DNA from: an uncultured Acidobacteriaceae bacterium
GTDB taxonomy: Bacteria > Acidobacteriota > Terriglobia > Terriglobales > Acidobacteriaceae
Direction: 5' to 3'
DNA length: 64,000 bases
Assembly (NCBI GenBank): GCA_963803645.1
Contig: CAWDNK010000006.1
Coordinates: 40,205-104,204, forward strand
Position numbers and translations under genes: made by a program. Shown piece after piece: positions 19,274-27,735 of the stretch (the stretch's first letter is position 1; the number at the start of each line of letters is the position of its first letter). The notes beneath the pieces are model-generated. The model was not told where the DNA came from and did not search any database. It worked only from the letters and a program-made list of their open reading frames with translations.

Positions 19274-19795
19274 GTGAAGCAAATCTTGCTGTTGACATTG
19301 CTTTTCGGATTGCTGCTCGCGGGCAGGTTATGTGCCGCGCAGGAACTCGACCAACCCGCCACCTCTGCCTACATTCTCCGCAATGCCAGTGGCGTACCTT
19401 TGCAATACAGTATTCAGCTCGGCGCCACGCTTGACTTTAGCGCCAGCAAACAACGCAAGCGGTACAAGTTCTCCAACGCGCCGAACTCAGTTGAGATTCA
19501 GACGGTCGCGGGAGTCACCAAACTGAGCGCGCTCAACTCTACGAATGGCGCCTGTGCCGGAGCAGGGTGCTCCTACTTAGGCACGTTTGGTGAGCTTTCG
19601 ATGCAGACAATCACTCGCTCAGACGGATCGAGCTATATCCGAATGGGTGGCGATCTCACCGGCACTTTCACTGACGCCGCAGGAAACGTCTACCCGAATA
19701 CGGTGGCGCATTATTACATCGAGACCTACCCGGCGACTGACGGTGTGGCAGTGGGTGCCGTGGGCGGTCTGACGATCGTGCTGGCCTATAACTGA
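19274..19795 (+). CDS. Secreted hypothetical protein
   Basis: GTG 19274 is preceded by GAAAGGA. Signal peptide VKQILLLTLLFGLLLAGRLCAAQ. No known motif. Confidence 0.6.
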   Translation: MKQILLLTLLFGLLLAGRLCAAQELDQPATSAYILRNASGVPLQYSIQLGATLDFSASKQRKRYKFSNAPNSVEIQTVAGVTKLSALNSTNGACAGAGCSYLGTFGELSMQTITRSDGSSYIRMGGDLTGTFTDAAGNVYPNTVAHYYIETYPATDGVAVGAVGGLTIVLAYN

Positions 19796-19864
19796 GCGCG
19801 CCGTTTCGTTCTGGCACTTCATCCGGTACTGGTTTCAACACTTCGTTCCGGCGCCTTGTTTCGG

Positions 19865-22243
19865 TTAGTCGCGCGGCTGCCATCGCAAGAACGCTCGAAA
19901 TGCGGCGCCGCGATGGCTGTAATGCGATTTCTCTTCGGCGCTCAGTTCGGCGAAGGTCTTGCCGATTTGCGGAAAGTAGAAAAGCGGGTCATAGCCGAAT
20001 CCATTTTGTCCGCGACGCGCATCAAGGATGATGCCTTCAGCGGTGCCGCGAAAAGTTGCCAGCGTGCGGCCGTCGCGGGCCACGGCCAGCACGCAGACGA
20101 ATCGGGCCATGCGCTTCTCGGCCGGCAAATCGGCGAGTTCCCGGAGCACGCGCGAGTTGTTGGTTTCGTCGTCGGTGTTGCGGTCCGCGGCGTGCGGCTC
20201 TTTATTGTGCAGGTCCGGGGCGGCATAGCGTGCGGAGTGAACTCCGGGTGCGCCACCGAGCGCGTCAACCTCGAGGCCAGAATCGTCGGCCAGCACCAGT
20301 TCACCGGGTGCCGCGAGGCTGTATTCCTCAGCCTTCTTGCACGCGTTCGCTTCGAAAGTGGCGCCGTCTTCGACGACCGTAGGCAGGGAAGCGAAACCTG
20401 GAAGGCCTGTGATGGTGACGCCGTGGACGGCGGCTGCTCCGGCGAAGTCGCGGAGCTTGCCGGCATTCGAGGTCGCGACAAACACTGTGCGGTGACTCAT
20501 GGGCTTGGCCTCCCTCGCAGGCGCTTTTCTGATCCAAAGCGCCGCGAATGCCGCGAGGCTGATCAGCGAGACAATGTCCCCCGCCACGCGATCGGGCGTG
20601 CGGCGGAAGGAAACCTGCACATCGCTCGCGCCAGCAGCTACGGGGATGATCATCAAGCCCGTTACCTCCGACGACCGCGTTCCGACAAGATCGCCGTTTA
20701 CGATCACCCTCCACGCGGGATAGTTGAAGAGACGTAAAGTCAGGTCCTGCCGAGACTCGGCGCGCACCAGAAAATGCTTGTCGGTCGCGTTCCAGGTCAG
20801 CATTTGAACATTGGCGTGCGCCGCGCCAGCTACGCTTACCAGCGGCAGGTCTTTGTTGAGTTCGTAGGGGTCAGCTCCCGCGGGGACGTACTCGTCGGTG
20901 CCTTCATAGCCAATGCCGTCGGAGATCGCGTCATCCATCTCCCGAATGTCGGCAGACTGATCCCACCAGGGCGGCTGAATGCGGTGGCCGGCGACGAGAA
21001 GCATCGCGAGCAAAGTGGCAAACACAAGCGCACGCGCAGTCCATCGCGTCACTGCCGAGTGCTGAGTCGACAAACGGATGGTCGCGACCGCCAGCAGCAA
21101 CGCCAGCGGCGCATTCAGACAGAGCAGCCAGCGGAAGGGAAGTTGCACGAAGCGAAACTTGGGCAGGTGCTGCCAGATAAGATTGCTCGCCGGTAGCGTC
21201 ACGAAAGCAGCGGCTGCGGCCCATGAGGCGAGCAGTATCCACGCGCTTCGGTCGAGCGCGTCTTTCTTTACTTTACGCTTTACTTCTTGCTTCACTATTC
21301 GATTCGCATCCCGCGCGGTCTCGACGCTCTCAACTGCGTGCTTGGTTGGGCGAGCGAGCCACACGACGAAGACCACGAAGGCGACCTCCGATAACGCCAC
21401 TAGCGAAACCAGCAGATTAAAGCGGTTGTGGTCGACGTCGGCGATAGTGGTGAATAGAAAATTATCTTGCGGCCGAACACCCGGAGACAGGAGCGCGGCG
21501 GCGTTGATCCAGGGTTGCTCGTAAATCGCGGGAACCAGATAAAAAGCCGCCAGGCCTGCGCCCATCACGATGGCGAGCGCGCTTCTGACCACTATTCTGG
21601 TGGCGCCGCCCGCTGATCTTTCCTGGAGCGCCATCACCACCACCAGGCCAGCCGCCGAATAGTGGATCATCAGAGCCGCGGGCACATTGGCGAGCCAGGC
21701 GGCCGCCAAGGTGAGGCTCAGCCACAGGATTGGGCCAATACCGCCTTCCTTGATCCGCAACAGGCACAACAGGGCGAGGGGTACAACAACTGCGGCCAGC
21801 AATTCGGCATAGGCGCTGCGCCAGTAGACGATCAGCAGGTGATAGGGATTGAGGGCATAGAACGCGGCGGCGAAAAACGCATCCGGCGGGTCTAGCCACC
21901 GCCGCCCCAACGCATACATACTCGCGCCCGCCAGTGTGAGGACAATCCAGCAATACACGCCAGGAACAAGCTTCCAGGGCAGGATTGCGCCAAGGGCTGC
22001 ACCCAGCGTCCACGACCCCGGCGGATAGAACAGGAATCTCGCCTCACCATATCCCCATTGCGACTGCGCCGCCCAGCGCGGGTAGACAATGCCTTCCTTC
22101 CATTGCTGGAGAACGTCCATCCATGAATAGACGTGGAACTCGAAGTCGTGTCCCGACGGACTGCCCCAACGCAAGAATGGCGTAATGGCCAGCCCACAGA
22201 GGATGGCAAGAAGCAGAAGACGCGTGATCGGGCGCGTGAGCAA
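19865..22243 (-). CDS. Continuous 792-codon ORF: polytopic GT-C/PTPS-related-like membrane protein (N-terminal about 580 aa) fused in frame to RdgB/Ham1 dITP/XTP pyrophosphatase (C-terminal about 211 aa, 19865-20500)
   Basis: More than 10 TM helices, a beta-rich domain and a final TM helix. Then ...WIRKAPAREAKP-MSHRTVFVATSNAGKLRDF..., with FGYDPLFYFPQ and SHRG Ham1 motifs. No stop between the parts. An internal ATG at 20500 has an AGGGAGG SD 8 nt upstream. Confidence 0.7.
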   Translation of the reverse strand: MLTRPITRLLLLAILCGLAITPFLRWGSPSGHDFEFHVYSWMDVLQQWKEGIVYPRWAAQSQWGYGEARFLFYPPGSWTLGAALGAILPWKLVPGVYCWIVLTLAGASMYALGRRWLDPPDAFFAAAFYALNPYHLLIVYWRSAYAELLAAVVVPLALLCLLRIKEGGIGPILWLSLTLAAAWLANVPAALMIHYSAAGLVVVMALQERSAGGATRIVVRSALAIVMGAGLAAFYLVPAIYEQPWINAAALLSPGVRPQDNFLFTTIADVDHNRFNLLVSLVALSEVAFVVFVVWLARPTKHAVESVETARDANRIVKQEVKRKVKKDALDRSAWILLASWAAAAAFVTLPASNLIWQHLPKFRFVQLPFRWLLCLNAPLALLLAVATIRLSTQHSAVTRWTARALVFATLLAMLLVAGHRIQPPWWDQSADIREMDDAISDGIGYEGTDEYVPAGADPYELNKDLPLVSVAGAAHANVQMLTWNATDKHFLVRAESRQDLTLRLFNYPAWRVIVNGDLVGTRSSEVTGLMIIPVAAGASDVQVSFRRTPDRVAGDIVSLISLAAFAALWIRKAPAREAKPMSHRTVFVATSNAGKLRDFAGAAAVHGVTITGLPGFASLPTVVEDGATFEANACKKAEEYSLAAPGELVLADDSGLEVDALGGAPGVHSARYAAPDLHNKEPHAADRNTDDETNNSRVLRELADLPAEKRMARFVCVLAVARDGRTLATFRGTAEGIILDARRGQNGFGYDPLFYFPQIGKTFAELSAEEKSHYSHRGAAFRAFLRWQPRD

Positions 22244-22543
22244 AAGGGTTCGGCCTGGAATTGAGATTGGACCTTGCGCAGCGCGCTCAGCCGGACGCTC
22301 CGCCCGATCAGGCCGCGAGTTGCAATTCTATTGCATCGGAAACAGTTGGGAAAATTCAGGGCTGGACAAAGCGATCGGAAGGCCTCTTCGAGTCCGCAGA
22401 CGAGACTAGGTTTTGGTTTTGGTTTTGAATGAGTGAATCTGGATCATTGGGATCTGGGTCGAGAGCGATGAGGGGCCGTCTCGTCTGGCGAATCGTGAGG
22501 TGTCAACGACCTGCCTTCAAATTTTTAAACGCGCGGCGACGTT

Positions 22544-22798
22544 CTACGGCCACCGTGGTGTGGCATTGCGCGACTTCGAGGCTGTACCCGAGGAGTGCGA
22601 ACCGGCGGCCGCAGCCATCGATTTGGAATTCTCCTCGCCCACTTCCGTCAGTACCGCGGTGTCTTCTTCATCATTCTCGGCGAGCAGGGGCGCAACTTCC
22701 CGCAGTTTTTCGGCGGCCTGCTGCAAAAGCTCAATCTGTTTGCCCAGGAGTGCATGCTGCGCCTGTTTGCGCCGCAGAACCTCATGAATATCCTTCAT
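22544..22798 (-). CDS. Small coiled-coil/acidic hypothetical protein
   Basis: Strong SD AAGGAGGG lies before the ATG. MKDIHEVLRRKQAQHALLGKQIELLQQAAEKLREVAPLL is heptad-like. Confidence 0.6.
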   Translation of the reverse strand: MKDIHEVLRRKQAQHALLGKQIELLQQAAEKLREVAPLLAENDEEDTAVLTEVGEENSKSMAAAAGSHSSGTASKSRNATPRWP

Positions 22799-22994
22799 AC
22801 ACCCTCCTTCTTGAGAATGTAAGTTTGCACAGAGGCCAGGTCAACGTTAAAGCCCCGGCCGGCTGTTACCGCGGTAATCACCTAGGCGGAAGCAAGCGGA
22901 AGAAAGTGCGACTCCGTCTGTTAATGAGGATTCGGCTGGACGGAGGTGGCTGAATGACGGCTACGGCGCAAATCTCGTGTAAGCCTGTCAAGAC

Positions 22995-23022
22995 AATTAA
23001 AAGCCCCGCCTTACGGCGGGGC
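22995..23022 (-). terminator. Rho-independent terminator downstream of the PEP-CTERM gene
   Basis: GCCCCGCC-TTAC-GGCGGGGC hairpin (23003-23022), followed on the minus strand by TTTTAATTG. Confidence 0.8.
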
Positions 23023-23054
23023 GATGGGGTGAGTGTGTCGAGCGAACTGCTAAG

Positions 23055-23651
23055 TTAGGACTTTTTCCGGCGGAACATCCCGGCGATTCCGAGCAGCCCT
23101 GTGCCGAGCAGGCCAAGGGTTCCAGGTTCCGGGGTCGTCAGTTGGGTCGTGCCCAGAGTGATGTGACCGATACCCTGGTTCAACTGTCCGGGGTGAGTCG
23201 TAATGGTCTGGGTGGTCGTGCCGGTCACGTTCACGCCGTTGTACAACTGACCGCTCAGATCGCCAGTCAGGGTGTACACCAGCTTTTGGCCGACGCTGCT
23301 CACCAGGGTCCACTGGATGTCGCCAGTGAAGCCGCCCGTGAAGATTGCGCCCTTCGGTTCGCCATAGTTGCCTTTGCCGACAACATCAAATGTCGAGCCA
23401 GCCGACGAGAACTCGCCGCCTGCGGCAACCGAGCCGCTGATCAGCGCGCCCGTAGAATAGCTGACCGTGCCCAGAGAATGGCCCGGAGGAGCTTGAATTC
23501 CGTTGAAACTGGTTAGCTCCGAGCCTTTCGAAGTGATGCCCGAAGTCGACATTGAAATCGTGCCGAATTGATTGGTTAGGGTGATTCCGTCCGCCCAAGC
23601 GGCTATCGGCAACGCCAATGCCAGCAATGCAAGAACTAACACTCGCCTCAT
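23055..23651 (-). CDS. PEP-CTERM sorting-domain secreted protein
   Basis: C-terminus TPEPGTLGLLGTGLLGIAGMFRRKKS (PEP motif, TM helix, basic tail). Signal peptide MRRVLVLALLALALPIAAWA. SD GGGAGGA. Confidence 0.85.
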   Translation of the reverse strand: MRRVLVLALLALALPIAAWADGITLTNQFGTISMSTSGITSKGSELTSFNGIQAPPGHSLGTVSYSTGALISGSVAAGGEFSSAGSTFDVVGKGNYGEPKGAIFTGGFTGDIQWTLVSSVGQKLVYTLTGDLSGQLYNGVNVTGTTTQTITTHPGQLNQGIGHITLGTTQLTTPEPGTLGLLGTGLLGIAGMFRRKKS

Positions 23652-24271
23652 TTGAATTCCTCCCAAAGTTCCTGTTTCTTATGTTTCTCGTTTTATACCT
23701 TTACCAAACTAAAGGCCTACGACTGAAGAGATACGTCGCCACGCCTTTCTGAGCACTTGCTATTCCAAACAACCTATGCTGTTCTTGATCATATTTATCA
23801 ACAACATACAGAGATTCTTCGCCCAAACTCCGGAACCATGGTTGCAATCGCCTGCACACCTAGAACATTCGCCTTCTCAACTGATCCGACGCCAATTCCC
23901 GGATAACTCCCTGCGGAGAAAGGAAATCCTTCGGGTTCGAGGTATTGGAGGGAAGACTCGTCAATCGGCCTGGGAGACGGCTTCCGTAACCGGATGCAGC
24001 TGGTTACCGCTAATCGCGGTGTACGCCATGTTACCAAAGTTTGCCGGTTTGGCAAGTGGTTCTTTTGTGCCAGATACCCACCCAACAGTGGCATTCCGGC
24101 CGAGAACCGGCTGCGATAGGGTGGTTGCGAGCAGTTCTGGGGGAGGGCTGTTCGGGCGTCCCGTGATTTTATAATCCGGGGCGCTTCTTATTTGGAGCTG
24201 AAATATCCCACCCAAGATCTCCCCAACCCAACCTCAAAACCTTGAGCCCCAGGTTTACCGCCGCTCACGAA

Positions 24272-25261
24272 TTAAACGCCTTCACTCTTCCCGGACGCTG
24301 CGCTGCGATAAGCCGCATCCAGAATCAGCTGGTTCTTCAACCCTTCCTCCCCCGGCACGGGAAACTCCGCGCGCCCTTCCACGGCGGCCGCAAATGCATC
24401 GACCTGCCTCGCATAAGCAAGATGATTCGAAACCGTCTCCTCCCCGGCCAGCTTGCCTTCGCGCCAATATTCAATCCGAATCGGCTTGTCGACGTTCAAC
24501 GCGTCGTCGGCCCGCAAGACTCCCGCGTCCCCCACAATCTCAAGCGGAGTCCGATAGTGAGCGCGCGTCGAAACCAGTACGGTAGCCAGCGTGCCGCGCC
24601 CAAACTCAAGACTCATGACCGCCGCAGCCTCTACATTGCCCGAGTTCTCGTCGCCACGTGTCAGCGCATAAACACGCACGACTTCGTCTTGAAGGATGTA
24701 GCGGAGCGCGTCGATGCAATGTACGCCCACGTCCGCAATCGCTCCGCCTCCAGCGACGCGGCTGTCTGTCATCCATGTCCGCGCGTGTCCGACGCCGGGG
24801 AAAGAGAACTCCGCGCGCGCGAACACCGGCCGTCCAATATCTCCGCGTTCCACGCGCGCCCCAAGCCGGGCCGTGCTCTCCTCGAACCGGAAGATCTGCG
24901 CCACCCCCAGCGAAACGCCCGCCCGCTTCGCGGCCTCGACCATCTCGCGACATTCCTCCGCATTCATGCCCATAGGTTTTTCGCATAGCACCGGTTTGCC
25001 CGTGGAAACGGCTGTCCGCACATCCGCAAGATGATTCGCATTGGGCGTGGCCACGAAAACCGCGTCTACCTCGGGGCAGCGGCAAAGTTCTTCCGTCGAG
25101 CCAAAAACGTGAGGAATCGAGTAGCGCTCCGAGGCCTCGCGCGCCTTCGCTGCATCGCGCCGTGAAAGCGCCACCATCTTGCAATTCTGCGCCAGCGCGA
25201 AACCCGGCATCAGCCGCCTCACCGCATGTAATCCAAAGCCAGCAATGCCAAAACGAATCAT
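24272..25261 (-). CDS. Gfo/Idh/MocA family NAD(P)-dependent oxidoreductase
   Basis: N-terminal Rossmann fold IRFGIAGFGLHAV, plus the ...VLCEKPM... motif typical of the family. Confidence 0.85.
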   Translation of the reverse strand: MIRFGIAGFGLHAVRRLMPGFALAQNCKMVALSRRDAAKAREASERYSIPHVFGSTEELCRCPEVDAVFVATPNANHLADVRTAVSTGKPVLCEKPMGMNAEECREMVEAAKRAGVSLGVAQIFRFEESTARLGARVERGDIGRPVFARAEFSFPGVGHARTWMTDSRVAGGGAIADVGVHCIDALRYILQDEVVRVYALTRGDENSGNVEAAAVMSLEFGRGTLATVLVSTRAHYRTPLEIVGDAGVLRADDALNVDKPIRIEYWREGKLAGEETVSNHLAYARQVDAFAAAVEGRAEFPVPGEEGLKNQLILDAAYRSAASGKSEGV

Positions 25262-25335
25262 GGAACCTCACCGAGAAAAAAAATCATGCGCATAAAACTT
25301 CCGAAACGCCGCGAGCACAACCTTCCGCGCGGCGA

Positions 25336-26685
25336 CTACGAGTACGGATAAAAAACAAAAAACAGCACTGAAAGCGCAGTGAGCGCCCAAAGCGCCGGCC
25401 GTACCTCGCGCAAACGTCCTGAAACGAGTTTGCAAAATGGATAGAGAACAAAACCCGCGGTCATTCCGATGCCAACGTTATAGGTGAAGGCCATCAGCAC
25501 AATCACGCCGAATGCCGGGACAACCTCGCTGAGGTCGTCGAAAGGGATGCGGACGATCGGCGTCAGCATCAGTAGCCCAACAAAGATCAGCGCGGGGCCA
25601 TAAGCCTGCGGCGGGATCGCCGAAATGAAGGGCGCGAAAAACAGAGTTCCCACAAAGCAAAGCGCAGTGACCACCGAAGTCAGTCCGGTTCGCCCTCCCG
25701 CCTCGACGCCGGTCGCAGATTCAATGTAGGCGCCGGAGGTCGTGGTTCCGATCACGGCCGCAAAGCTGGTCGCAAGGGCGTCGGCCATCATGGGCCGTTC
25801 AATCTGCGGCAAGTTGCCGTCTTTGTCCAGGAATCCGGCGCGCGCCGAAACGCCGATCAGCGTCCCCATGGTGTCGACGAACGCCATGATGAGGATGGTT
25901 AGGACGATCGGGAAGAATCCCCAGCTCAGAAGGCTGTGCAGGTCAAATTGCATGAAGACCGGTGCCAGGCTCGGCGGGCGACTAACCCATCCAGTCGGCG
26001 CGGGCGACACCCGCAGCACAAAGCTGAGGAGCGCCGTCACCAGAATGCTGGCCAGAATCGCAGCCGGAAAACGCCGAATCGTCAGCACGACGATAAGCAG
26101 AAATCCGAAGATCGCCAGCAGGATCGCGGGCGAAGTCAGATGGCCGGGACGCACCGGCGCACCGGGCGATCCGAGCGTGACGATGCCGGTTTGATTGAGA
26201 CCGATGAAGGCTAGAAAGAGTCCGATGCCGACGGCATAGCTGTAGCGCAGCGTGGGTGGAATCGCCTCAACCATCCACTGCCGGAGCCGAAACAGAGTCA
26301 TGAGAGTAAAAAGGACTCCGGCCACAAACACCGCCCCCAGCGCGCTTTGCCAGGTGTAGCCCAGAACATGAACCACCGTGAACGCGATAAAAGCGTTTTC
26401 GCCCATGTAAGGGCCGATGGCAAATGGACGATTGGCGTAGAAGGCCATGATCAGAGTGCCGAAGATCGCGGTGAGAATGGTCGCGGTGAGCGAGGCGCCC
26501 ACCGGCATGCCCGCAGTTTTGAGAACGGCGGGATTGACGGCCACGATGTAAGACATCGTGAAGAAGGTCGTCAGCCCGGCAACAACTTCGCGGCGAACGG
26601 TGGTTTGGTGCTGAGAGAGTTCAAAGAACTGTTCGAGCCAGTGGTGCAACGCGCCTCCAAAAGTTGGGAAGGCAGAATTGTACAT
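25336..26685 (-). CDS. NCS2 family nucleobase permease (AzgA-like adenine/guanine/hypoxanthine permease)
   Basis: The N-terminal segment ...TTVRREVVAGLTTFFTMSYIVAVNP... is typical of AzgA-type permeases. About 12 TM helices. Start set at MYNSAF (26685). Confidence 0.8.
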   Translation of the reverse strand: MYNSAFPTFGGALHHWLEQFFELSQHQTTVRREVVAGLTTFFTMSYIVAVNPAVLKTAGMPVGASLTATILTAIFGTLIMAFYANRPFAIGPYMGENAFIAFTVVHVLGYTWQSALGAVFVAGVLFTLMTLFRLRQWMVEAIPPTLRYSYAVGIGLFLAFIGLNQTGIVTLGSPGAPVRPGHLTSPAILLAIFGFLLIVVLTIRRFPAAILASILVTALLSFVLRVSPAPTGWVSRPPSLAPVFMQFDLHSLLSWGFFPIVLTILIMAFVDTMGTLIGVSARAGFLDKDGNLPQIERPMMADALATSFAAVIGTTTSGAYIESATGVEAGGRTGLTSVVTALCFVGTLFFAPFISAIPPQAYGPALIFVGLLMLTPIVRIPFDDLSEVVPAFGVIVLMAFTYNVGIGMTAGFVLYPFCKLVSGRLREVRPALWALTALSVLFFVFYPYS

Positions 26686-26695
26686 TCGTAGCTTT

Positions 26696-26724
26696 CCCTG
26701 TGCTCCTCTGTGTTCCTGCGGTGA
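26696..26724. repeat. Dispersed CACAGAG-type intergenic repeat, copy 2 (inverted relative to copy 1)
   Basis: The reverse complement TCACCGCAGGAACACAGAGGAGCACAGGG matches 9885-9910 over more than 20 nt. Confidence 0.6.
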
Positions 26725-26740
26725 TCGCTTTGACTTTGAC

Positions 26741-27700
26741 TCAGGCGCGCCGAATCTCGGCGAGGAATTGCGGATCAATATTTCCGCCGCTGATCACCGC
26801 GACATTATTTCTAGTGGGGGGCAATTCTGCGGAATGAAACATGAACGCGGCCACACTCACCGCGCCGCTTGGCTCGGCGACGGTCTTTGAATTCGCACTG
26901 AGAGCGCGTGTAGCCTCGCGAATTTCATCTTCTTTGACGTAAACGATGTCATCGACGTAGGCGCGAATATGCGCGAAATTGATCTCGCCGATGCTTTGCG
27001 TGCGCAGTCCGTCGGCTAAAGTTTGCGAGACCTGCTCGGCAGCGTAGCAGACGACATGACCAGCGCGAAGGCTCGCGCGCGCGTCACCGGCGAGTTCGGG
27101 CTCGGCCCCAATCACCTTGATGGCGCTATCGGTAAGCTTGATGGCCGCCGAAATTCCACTGATGAGGCCACCACCGCCCACCGGGGCAATGACCGTCTCA
27201 ACCTCGGGCAGGTCTTCGAGAATCTCCAGGCCGACGGTGCCCTGGCCAGCGATGATTTTTTCGTCATTGTAGGGTGGGACGATAATGTAACCGTGCTCGG
27301 CGGCGAGTTGCTCGGCGCGCTGGCGGCGCTCTTCGCTCCCCGGTCCGACGATGACGATTTCCGCTCCCAGGGCAGCGGTCGCTTCGAATTTGTTTTTCGG
27401 AGCATTGCTCGGCATAACAATGATGGCCTTCACGCCCAGCGCGCGCGCGGCGTACGCCACACCTTGCGCGTGGTTGCCACTGGAATACGAAATGACACCG
27501 CGGCGGCGTTCCTCATCCGTGAGGGAAGCAACTTTGTTGTACGCTCCCCGCAGCTTAAAAGCGCCGATGGGCTGGAGGTTTTCGAGCTTGAGGAAGAGCT
27601 TGCGCTCGGCGTCAGGGGCGGTCCACTCGAGGAGCGGCGTGCGGGTAGCGATGCCCTTAAGGAGGCATTGGGCTTGCTGTATATCAGCCAGTGAAACCAT
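26741..27700 (-). CDS. Threonine/serine dehydratase (PLP-dependent, TrpB-fold; no ACT domain)
   Basis: PLP-lysine motif PIGAFKLRGAYNK, glycine loop GGGGLISG, 319 aa. Confidence 0.8.
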   Translation of the reverse strand: MVSLADIQQAQCLLKGIATRTPLLEWTAPDAERKLFLKLENLQPIGAFKLRGAYNKVASLTDEERRRGVISYSSGNHAQGVAYAARALGVKAIIVMPSNAPKNKFEATAALGAEIVIVGPGSEERRQRAEQLAAEHGYIIVPPYNDEKIIAGQGTVGLEILEDLPEVETVIAPVGGGGLISGISAAIKLTDSAIKVIGAEPELAGDARASLRAGHVVCYAAEQVSQTLADGLRTQSIGEINFAHIRAYVDDIVYVKEDEIREATRALSANSKTVAEPSGAVSVAAFMFHSAELPPTRNNVAVISGGNIDPQFLAEIRRA

Positions 27701-27735
27701 TCTCAGAGTTCTCTATCTTTCGGGGGTTGGAGCGC

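Noticed and set aside
19113-19277. 54-codon upstream ORF with AAGGAGG and a TTG start, whose TGA overlaps the GTG start of the secreted protein gene (GTGA).
   Set aside because: The SD-to-TTG spacing is only 3 nt. The product is Arg-rich without hydrophobic or structured character. It lies in a divergent promoter region. It is probably a shadow ORF, though coupling cannot be excluded.
22409-22426. (GGTTTT)3 microsatellite in the spacer upstream of the large membrane-protein gene.
   Set aside because: Only three units, with no associated structure or gene. It is too short to interpret beyond noting it.
23652-24271. Tested the 620-bp gap as a known housekeeping RNA (RNase P RNA, tmRNA, 6S, SRP RNA) or a cobalamin riboswitch.
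   Set aside because: None of the conserved signature stretches I know were present on either strand: the GAGGAAAGUCC box, the tRNA-like end with GGUUCGA...CCA, or the B12 box. The region is kept only as an unexplained finding.
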